Shown here piece by piece: positions 7,869 to 13,868 of a stretch of DNA of 13,868 bases. Every line of letters begins with the position of its first letter. Within the stretch, counting starts at the first letter, position 1. Source of the DNA: Acaryochloridaceae cyanobacterium VAR_48_metabat_390 (GTDB lineage: Bacteria > Cyanobacteriota > Cyanobacteriia > Thermosynechococcales > Thermosynechococcaceae); contig JANPLU010000127.1 of the NCBI GenBank assembly GCA_031422435.1, forward strand, positions 1-13,868, read 5' to 3'. The translations under genes and the position numbers were made by a program. The notes under the pieces are model-generated. The model searched no databases. It saw nothing but the letters and a program-made list of their open reading frames with translations, and had not been told where the DNA came from.

Positions 7869-8807
7869 ATGGCAATTATCTGTCCAGCCTGCTTTCACCT
7901 TAATCATCCTGATTCTTTGGCCTGCGCAAAGTGCAGTAAAAGTTTTGACCATCGTGAAGTTTGCGGTGTCTGTAGCGCAACTGTATTTGCCTTTTCGCGC
8001 TTTTGCTATCAGTGTGGAGCCTCGGTTCAGCTTGAGAGAACTGCACTACACGAAAATACGGGGGATTTGGATCCTTCTACCAACATGCTGACGGGGGATA
8101 TCCTCGATCAGGAGGGTGATGAATCTCTGGCAACGACCTTCCATCGTCACGGGGTGCGGTTACTCCATCGTCCGACCAGCGTATTTTATGATCTGCCGCT
8201 GCTCTCAAGCCCCATCAGCATTGGCAAGCGGAGCGATTCGTTTGTGCCAGATCTGGACTTTCGAGATTTACCGGAGGCTGAGTTTATCTCCCGTAACCAT
8301 GCCCAAATTTCGTTCTCGCCGCAAAAGTTCTACATCGAAGACTTGGGCAGTAAAAACGGAACTATGCTTAATGGCGTACCGCTCCCGCCAGAACAGCCGC
8401 AAACACTAACCTTTGGCGACCATCTTTGCTTCGGTGGGTCTGAAGCGTTTGAATTTATTTTTATTAAAGATCAGCCCATCAACCTAGAGCATCTGCGGAT
8501 GATTTCTGGCAATGATCGCGCCTTTGAATTAGAACTGCTGACTTCCTATAAAGACTCTGTAACCACGCTTCTCAATGACCTGTACCCAGTGATTGAACGC
8601 CGAGCGTTTGGAGAAGTAAAGCCCTTAGCGAGCCAAGTTGCGATCGCCAGCTATAACGTGGGGGCTGACGTAATGAATCTTTTGGCAAAGCAGATGGAAG
8701 ATCAGGCGTTGCAACAGGCGACGCCAGTGTGCGAAAAGACGCTGAACTCATTACGCGAAGGTTTAATGCAGATTGATCTGTTTATGAAAGTCTTTTACGG
8801 GACTTAG
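7869..8807 (+). CDS. Double zinc ribbon + FHA domain protein (FraH-like) with C-terminal Hpt-like domain
   Basis: From ATG 7869 (312 aa): four CxxC pairs (CPAC, CAKC, CGVC, CYQC); FHA motifs IGK...ISRNHAQI...IEDLGSKNGTMLNG...GDHLCFG; the last ~110 aa (INLEHLRMISGNDRAFELELL...ASQVAIASYNVGA...LAKQMED) follow the Hpt helical pattern. Confidence 0.85.
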   Translation: MAIICPACFHLNHPDSLACAKCSKSFDHREVCGVCSATVFAFSRFCYQCGASVQLERTALHENTGDLDPSTNMLTGDILDQEGDESLATTFHRHGVRLLHRPTSVFYDLPLLSSPISIGKRSDSFVPDLDFRDLPEAEFISRNHAQISFSPQKFYIEDLGSKNGTMLNGVPLPPEQPQTLTFGDHLCFGGSEAFEFIFIKDQPINLEHLRMISGNDRAFELELLTSYKDSVTTLLNDLYPVIERRAFGEVKPLASQVAIASYNVGADVMNLLAKQMEDQALQQATPVCEKTLNSLREGLMQIDLFMKVFYGT

Positions 8808-11521
8808 TTAGAAAAGCGGGACTGAACCCAGGCGATCGCCATTTTCCGTGTTTGAATCACATCATCTAGCGTCGCAGCTAACACCGCATCTAATATGGCC
8901 TTAAATTGAGGTCCCCGTTGATAGCCCAGCTGAATCAGATCGTTTCCTGTCAGCAAGGGCTTAACGGTCTGCCAGTGAGTTAAATACCGCCAGATCTGTC
9001 GTCGCACAGGAACCGCCGCCCCCGCCGCTACTTCAATGAGCAGTGGCAAATCATAGGGTTTAAGATGCGTCACAATTTGACTTGGCAATATTAGAGTATC
9101 CAACGCTGAAATCTGTTCTTGGGCTGCTGTAAAAAGCTTGAAGCGAACCTGCGTTAAGTCTGACAAATGGAGCTGAACTGCAACTGCACTGCGATCCGCC
9201 TCTGTCAAGGTCAGCAGCAGCATCTCCAAAATTAAGAGCCACGGGGCAATCCATTTTGCTTGGGGGTCAAAATAATTGCGCCAGCCCAGCGCTATGCCAA
9301 ACTGTCGCCGCCATCCGCTGCCATCTAGGCTAAGGTTGGGATGAATACACTGAAGCGCATCTAAATGGATCATCAGCTTCAGGGCATCTGACCACTTCGG
9401 CAGCTTAAAAATATACTTGAGTTCATTTTGGAGCCGTGACTGAAGTGCGGGTGCTTTGCCACCATTTTTTGTGATGTGCTGATAGATGCCGCTGGCGATC
9501 GCATGGCGAATGTATGCCTCGGTTTGTGGCTCTAGGGTAAACCCAAGGCGGGTGGCAAAACGAACCGCCCGAAAAATGCGGGTGGGGTCTTCAATAAAGC
9601 TATTAGGATGCAGTACCCGAATTTGGCGCTGGTTGAGGTCTTCTAACCCACCAAAAAAGTCCAGGAGTTCTGCCGTCTGGTTCTGCGGTAAGCCCTGCCG
9701 CGTCAGGCGAAGCGCCAATGCATTTACCGTAAAGTCCCGTCGATAAAGGTCTTGACGGATGGAGCTAGCCGTCACTTCTGGGTTGGCAGCAGGGTACGGG
9801 TAAAACTCACTGCGGGCAGTCGCAAGGTCTACAGAAAAAGAGCCAATATCTGCATCGTCACGCCAGAGCAGAGAGGCCGTTTGGAATTGACCGTAGACCT
9901 GGAGCTGCACTTCAGGAAAGTGGGTCTGAAGCCGATGGGCTAAGTCAACCCCAGCCCCTTGGCTCTTTGGGGTATTTTCGCCATCGACGACCAGATCAAA
10001 TTCTCGAAAAATGACGGTACCATTCTCTGGCACCAGCAGTAAATCTCGCACGGCTCCCCCGACGAGATAAAGCTGCCAACCTTGGGATTGGGCAGCAGCA
10101 GCGGCGATCGCCAAAATCTCCCGCAGTTTAGGCGGCAAAGCCTGATCGAGTCTCTGTGGAATAGAGGTACAGGCAGCAGCATCAGCGGTAGGCAAATGTT
10201 GGCTACGGATATTTTTTAGATGGTGGAGCTGCCTCAATAAATCGGTGCGGGTCACAATGCCCACAAGCTGCTCGTCGCGCACAACGGGCAAACGACCAAT
10301 ATCGTATGTCACCATCAGCGTCTCAATTTCAGGCAGCGTGGTTTCTGGGGTGATGGTGCGGACGGGTGCGCTCATGTAGCCTTTCACGGGCGCATGACCA
10401 AACCCATGATGCAGGGCAATATCGAGGTCGCGTCGAGACAAAATGCCCACCAGTTGACCGTCTACATCCACAACCGAAAGTCCTGAATGTCCGTACCGAA
10501 GCAAAATCCGTCGCGCTTGGTCAATGGGGGTATTGGGCAAAATGGTGCGCACGGGGGAAGACATTACGTCAGCGGCGATCGCAGGCAAGGGCACCTGCCC
10601 CACCAACTGCTCTACCAACTGCGCTAAAACAGACTGCGGATCTTCACTGGCGAGCGTTGCCGCCGCAGCTTGGGGATGTCCACCGCCCCCCAAAGGCTTC
10701 AGTAACGTGGTCAAATCTACACCATTCATCCGAGAGCGACCAATCACCGTGAATCTTTCTTTTTGAGAACTGCGGGTTTGGTAGCAGTGGCCCAGCAGCA
10801 GCGCATCACTTTCACTCAGCACTATGAGCTGCGAGGCCAAACTCGATAGCCCCTGGACATGATGGGGCGTTGAGAGCAGAACCCAGGCAATCCGCTGACC
10901 ATGAACGGTCTGCGTCTGCATTTGGGAGAGTGCTTCACCCAGTAAATCCTGTAATGCTGCCGAAAAACCTGGCTCAATGTAAGTGGCGATCGCCCGTTGA
11001 TTTGCGCCTTGCTCCATCAACCAAGTCAGCGCCGCTGCATCCCTTGAGGTGGCGTGGTCATAGGTTAGCGACCCCGTATCGACATGGACACCCAAGGCCA
11101 TGACCGTCGCTTCCGCCATAGTTAGAGCAAGATTTTGGACGCGTAAATGCTCTACCATCAGCGTCGTGGTAGAACCCACCGCCTCAATTTGGATCACCTG
11201 CGCCGCGATATCGCATTCTGCCTGGACATGGTGATCGTAAAGGCGCACCTCCACCTGAGTTAGATCGAGCCATGCTGCCGCCGAGCCAAGCAGTTCTCTG
11301 CGCTGCGCATCAACCACCGTAATTGTTCGGAGCTGAGCGGGTGAAACCGATCTCTGCTCAATCAGCGGATATTCATCGCGGTAGAGCGCCAAAAAATCGC
11401 GCACGGTAGGGTGGGCACCCCCACACAGCACAATTCGCGTACCAGGATTGAGCCGCGTACAGCCGACTGCTGCACCCAAAACGTCAAAGTCCGCAGTGCG
11501 ATGACATAAAACCACATCCAT
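8804..11521 (-). CDS. DHH/DHHA1-CBS-class II nucleotidyltransferase fusion; probable A-adding tRNA nucleotidyltransferase
   Basis: 905 aa: HRTADFD, YDHH, DTGSL and GGGGHPQAA (DHH/DHHA1); CBS pair (VMSSPVRTI...IGRLPVV...GIVTRTDLL); then LYLVGGAVRDLLL, DLATARSEFY, DLYRRDFTVNALA and SFIEDPTRIFRAVRF. This architecture matches the A-adding enzyme of organisms with split CC/A addition; specificity is inferred. Confidence 0.9.
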   Translation of the reverse strand: MDVVLCHRTADFDVLGAAVGCTRLNPGTRIVLCGGAHPTVRDFLALYRDEYPLIEQRSVSPAQLRTITVVDAQRRELLGSAAAWLDLTQVEVRLYDHHVQAECDIAAQVIQIEAVGSTTTLMVEHLRVQNLALTMAEATVMALGVHVDTGSLTYDHATSRDAAALTWLMEQGANQRAIATYIEPGFSAALQDLLGEALSQMQTQTVHGQRIAWVLLSTPHHVQGLSSLASQLIVLSESDALLLGHCYQTRSSQKERFTVIGRSRMNGVDLTTLLKPLGGGGHPQAAAATLASEDPQSVLAQLVEQLVGQVPLPAIAADVMSSPVRTILPNTPIDQARRILLRYGHSGLSVVDVDGQLVGILSRRDLDIALHHGFGHAPVKGYMSAPVRTITPETTLPEIETLMVTYDIGRLPVVRDEQLVGIVTRTDLLRQLHHLKNIRSQHLPTADAAACTSIPQRLDQALPPKLREILAIAAAAAQSQGWQLYLVGGAVRDLLLVPENGTVIFREFDLVVDGENTPKSQGAGVDLAHRLQTHFPEVQLQVYGQFQTASLLWRDDADIGSFSVDLATARSEFYPYPAANPEVTASSIRQDLYRRDFTVNALALRLTRQGLPQNQTAELLDFFGGLEDLNQRQIRVLHPNSFIEDPTRIFRAVRFATRLGFTLEPQTEAYIRHAIASGIYQHITKNGGKAPALQSRLQNELKYIFKLPKWSDALKLMIHLDALQCIHPNLSLDGSGWRRQFGIALGWRNYFDPQAKWIAPWLLILEMLLLTLTEADRSAVAVQLHLSDLTQVRFKLFTAAQEQISALDTLILPSQIVTHLKPYDLPLLIEVAAGAAVPVRRQIWRYLTHWQTVKPLLTGNDLIQLGYQRGPQFKAILDAVLAATLDDVIQTRKMAIAWVQSRFSN

Positions 11522-11841
11522 AATGATTGATGAACGGAAAGGTTATTGTGCCGTTTGGTATTTTTAGGCTGGGCAAAAAAGAACGGCGTGATTGAAAAAG
11601 TCAACTTTGGGGAAGACAGTCTCTAAGACATTGCGTTCCGTACCCCTTTAGCCTAGCTTAGTCCTAGCATCTGAAGCCTCAGTGACCTTTGAGCCGAAAC
11701 CTTACAAAACAGGATATTACAAAAGCCTGGATCTCTTTTGCGGTAAAATTGGTTCGATTCAGAGTGTCTGTCTCCAGACAGCTCCTTGATATCTTAAGAA
11801 CTTGCTTTTATATAGACCCGCTGGTTGATTGGGAGAAAACA

Positions 11842-12030
11842 ATGGTATTTATCTTTGACATGGCCTTGCTTGCCTTAGTGGTGCTGTCTTTCATCTTAGT
11901 CGTGGGTGTGCCAGTGGCCTATGCGTCTGGGCAAAATTGGGATCAGTCCAAGCGCCTGATTTGGCTTGGTTCCTTTGTGTGGATTGGGCTGGTATTGGTC
12001 GTTGCATCTCTCAATTTTCTGGTGGCCTAA
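11842..12030 (+). CDS. psbZ: Photosystem II reaction centre protein Z (Ycf9)
   Basis: 62 aa from ATG 11842: two hydrophobic helices, [15 protein letters not shown]-x-x-S-K and LN; GGAG ribosome-binding site at 11832-11835. Confidence 0.96.
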   Translation: MVFIFDMALLALVVLSFILVVGVPVAYASGQNWDQSKRLIWLGSFVWIGLVLVVASLNFLVA

Positions 12031-12050
12031 CGCTACACTGATAGGTAAGC

Positions 12051-12105
12051 GCAGCAGGTTGATGCAGACTGCGAAATCGCCTTTTAATGGCTATCAACCT
12101 GCTGC
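12051..12105 (+). terminator. Stem-loop downstream of psbZ (possible terminator or 3' stabiliser)
   Basis: Perfect 13-bp inverted repeat GCAGCAGGTTGAT (12051-12063) / ATCAACCTGCTGC (12093-12105) with a 29-nt loop. Followed by AATTT rather than a strong U tract. Confidence 0.45.
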
Positions 12106-12142
12106 AATTTAAGAATCGTGGGTTAAATAATTTCAACCTTTG

Positions 12143-12242
12143 ACCCTCACCCCCAGCCCCTCTCCCAGAACGGGAGAGGGGAGTAATAAAGATTCTTGTT
12201 CCCCTTCTCCCGCCCTGGGAGAAGGGGTTAGGGGATGAGGGT
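12143..12242. repeat. 100-bp REP/MITE-like element made of two inverted, hairpin-containing arms
   Basis: Left arm CCCTCACCCCCAGCCCCTCTCCCAGAACGGGAGAGGGGAG closely matches the reverse complement of the right arm, CCCTCATCCCCTAACCCCTTCTCCCAGGGCGGGAGAAGGGGAAC. Perfect internal hairpins at 12157-12181 (10 bp) and 12201-12227 (11 bp). Confidence 0.85.
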
Positions 12243-12338
12243 GTGCAAAGCGTATCGCCTCTAAACAATTCTCTAAGTTATTTAATTCACGACCTTAAGC
12301 TTTATTGACGACTTAACCTTTATCATAAAAAATCGCCG

Positions 12339-12884
12339 ATGGCTGTTTTTGAAGGAACCTTCGCCCACGCACACGCTTTCCGAATGGCGTTTGTGATTGG
12401 TCGCTTTAACGACCTTGTGACTACAAAGCTGCTGGCAGGCTGTCAAGACTGTCTTCAGCGCCACGGGGTTGATATTGACCCTCACGGCTCTCAGGTTGAT
12501 TATGCCTGGGTTCCAGGCTGTTTTGAAATACCGATGGTGGCGCGTCAGTTGGCGCTTACAAATCGCTACGATGCCGTAATTTGTTTGGGCGCGGTCATTC
12601 GGGGCGGCACCCCTCATTTTGACTATGTTGCAGGGGAAGTCTCTAAGGGCATTGCTGCAACCTCACTGCAAACGGGTGTCCCGATTATTTTTGGCGTGCT
12701 AACCGTCGATACGATGCAGCAGGCATTAGAGCGTGCTGGCATTAAGAGCAACAAGGGCTGGGAATACGGCATGAATGCCCTAGAAATGGCGAGCCTAATG
12801 AAGAGCCTGAAGGGTTCCGGTGATCGCACTGCACTCAACGCAGGGGTTCCCAATGCGATCGCCTCTGCGGCATTCAATCCCTAA
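12339..12884 (+). CDS. ribH: 6,7-dimethyl-8-ribityllumazine synthase
   Basis: [60 protein letters not shown]. Confidence 0.98.
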   Translation: MAVFEGTFAHAHAFRMAFVIGRFNDLVTTKLLAGCQDCLQRHGVDIDPHGSQVDYAWVPGCFEIPMVARQLALTNRYDAVICLGAVIRGGTPHFDYVAGEVSKGIAATSLQTGVPIIFGVLTVDTMQQALERAGIKSNKGWEYGMNALEMASLMKSLKGSGDRTALNAGVPNAIASAAFNP

Positions 12885-13717
12885 TCACCTATCTGAGCCG
12901 TCATTGTCACTACAGCCTCAATAGATTCACCCGCCTCAAGATAGGTGAGGTCTGTGCCCGTATTGAGAGAATTACGCTGAGCTGTCCAAGGCTCTAGACA
13001 AACAAAGGGTTTTCCTTCCACTGTCCACACGACCAAAGTAGTAAAAACTTTATCGGAGGTCAGCGCAATAGTGCGTTTGCCGCCCTTCATCGCTGCCGTT
13101 TGACTCGTCACCGGAAACAGCGCAATATCCAGTTCCGGTACGTTGAGATCTACCTTTCCTGAGAATGGCTGGGTTTTCTGCGTTACGTTGTCAAACTGCT
13201 GCTCAGCAGACAAGTCAAACGTCAGCTTAGATTTATCTTCTGCTGCAAAGTAAGGGTGGAAGCCCAACGAGAAAGGCATGGTTTGGGTGCTGCGGTTGGT
13301 GATGTGCGATCGCACTACTAAGCTCTCACCCTGAAGCTCGTAGGTCATTTTGAATAAAAACTCAAACGGGTAAACCGCTAAAGTCTCAGGGCTGCTTTCT
13401 AAGGCAACTTCTAGGGTCGTGGCGGTGTGGTTCACCACTGCCCAGGGTAAGTTTCTCGCAAACCCATGCTGAACCAGCGTGTAGGTTTGATCCCCAACGG
13501 TGTAGGTATTGTTGGGTAAATTGCCGCAAATTGGAAACAGGATCGGGTTGCCACCCCGCACACTCAACGCAGGATCAGCCAGCAGACGTTCTTCGTCGAG
13601 GTAGAAGAGTTCCTGTCCTTGAATATTCCAGCGGATTACAATGCCGCCGCGATGGGGCAATGCCTCTACAAAGGCCGTCTGGGTTTCGTTCTCAATGCGC
13701 ACAGCAGAATTTGTCAT
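12881..13717 (-). CDS. Aldose 1-epimerase / galactose mutarotase-like protein
   Basis: [27 protein letters not shown] and FVCLEPW motifs, including the catalytic His/His/Glu set. Confidence 0.9.
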   Translation of the reverse strand: MTNSAVRIENETQTAFVEALPHRGGIVIRWNIQGQELFYLDEERLLADPALSVRGGNPILFPICGNLPNNTYTVGDQTYTLVQHGFARNLPWAVVNHTATTLEVALESSPETLAVYPFEFLFKMTYELQGESLVVRSHITNRSTQTMPFSLGFHPYFAAEDKSKLTFDLSAEQQFDNVTQKTQPFSGKVDLNVPELDIALFPVTSQTAAMKGGKRTIALTSDKVFTTLVVWTVEGKPFVCLEPWTAQRNSLNTGTDLTYLEAGESIEAVVTMTAQIGD

Positions 13718-13757
13718 CGGTCAATATCACTCGACTGGGTTAAACGTAGCGCGGGCA

Positions 13758-13868
13758 TTACTTCACGGCATGGTTGAAGAGCGTGTCTAGGTATACTCTA
13801 GCTGCACGGCGATCGCAGTCCCCATTTTGGATCAAAAAGAGCGAGAGCGCCGCTGCAAAAACTCGGTC
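13758..13868 (-). CDS. DUF2811-like cyanobacterial small protein (3' end only)
   Basis: Absent from the ORF track. Manual translation gives ...DRVFAAALSLFLIQNGDCDRRAARVYLDTLFNHAVK* (stop 13758-13760), which resembles the conserved DUF2811 C-terminus as I recall it. Confidence 0.8.
   Translation of the reverse strand, partial: DRVFAAALSLFLIQNGDCDRRAARVYLDTLFNHAVK

Larger units (their letters stand above)
839..13816. repeat. Dispersed HIP1 palindromic octamers (GCGATCGC)
   Basis: Copies found by eye starting at 839, 1013, 1389, 1484, 1733, 3035, 3133, 3457, 4420, 5010, 5720, 7396, 8640, 8832, 9495, 10104, 10575, 10986, 12855, 13306 and 13809 (21 copies; about 0.2 expected by chance for an 8-mer). 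Hallmark of many cyanobacterial genomes. Confidence 0.95.

Noticed and set aside
8215..8235. FHA domain has GK rather than the canonical GR
   Set aside because: As I recall, GK is normal in cyanobacterial FraH-type FHA domains, so it is not evidence of inactivation.
11689..11841. 51-aa N-terminal extension of psbZ
   Set aside because: TTG start over the promoter region; the canonical 62-aa protein has its own ATG and ribosome-binding site.
12011..12268. 85-aa minus-strand ORF (TPSSPNPFSQGGRRG...PLSRSGRGAGGEG)
   Set aside because: It is the translation of the inverted-repeat element, a typical source of spurious hypothetical proteins.
12031..12338. FMN riboswitch upstream of ribH
   Set aside because: The conserved FMN aptamer motifs (such as AGGGC-GGGGYGAAATTCCC-ACCGGCGGT) are not present; the structure is explained by the repeat element and the psbZ stem-loop.
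3858..13868. Integrated element at tRNA-Gly with a duplicated att site
   Set aside because: No integrase gene, and I saw no second copy of the tRNA 3' end in the window.

Overview
Core-genome window of a cyanobacterium (21 HIP1 octamers, GCGATCGC, counted by eye in 13.9 kb). Gene order: partial 2-oxoglutarate decarboxylase-like ThDP enzyme and succinate-semialdehyde dehydrogenase (-, the cyanobacterial TCA bypass pair); ndhN, ldpA, tRNA-Gly(TCC); a 470-bp spacer holding a probable decayed small gene; Ycf45-type AAA/R3H protein; pentapeptide repeat protein; efp-accB (-); a zinc-ribbon/FHA/Hpt-like fusion; a DHH-CBS tRNA nucleotidyltransferase (-); psbZ; a 100-bp double-hairpin inverted-repeat element; ribH; aldose 1-epimerase family (-); and the 3' end of a DUF2811-like gene (-). 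No CRISPR array, transposase or phage gene was seen. The best novelty candidate is the FraH-like double zinc ribbon-FHA protein carrying an extra C-terminal Hpt-like domain whose phosphoacceptor His is replaced by Ser. All family calls come from motif recognition by eye; no searches were run.
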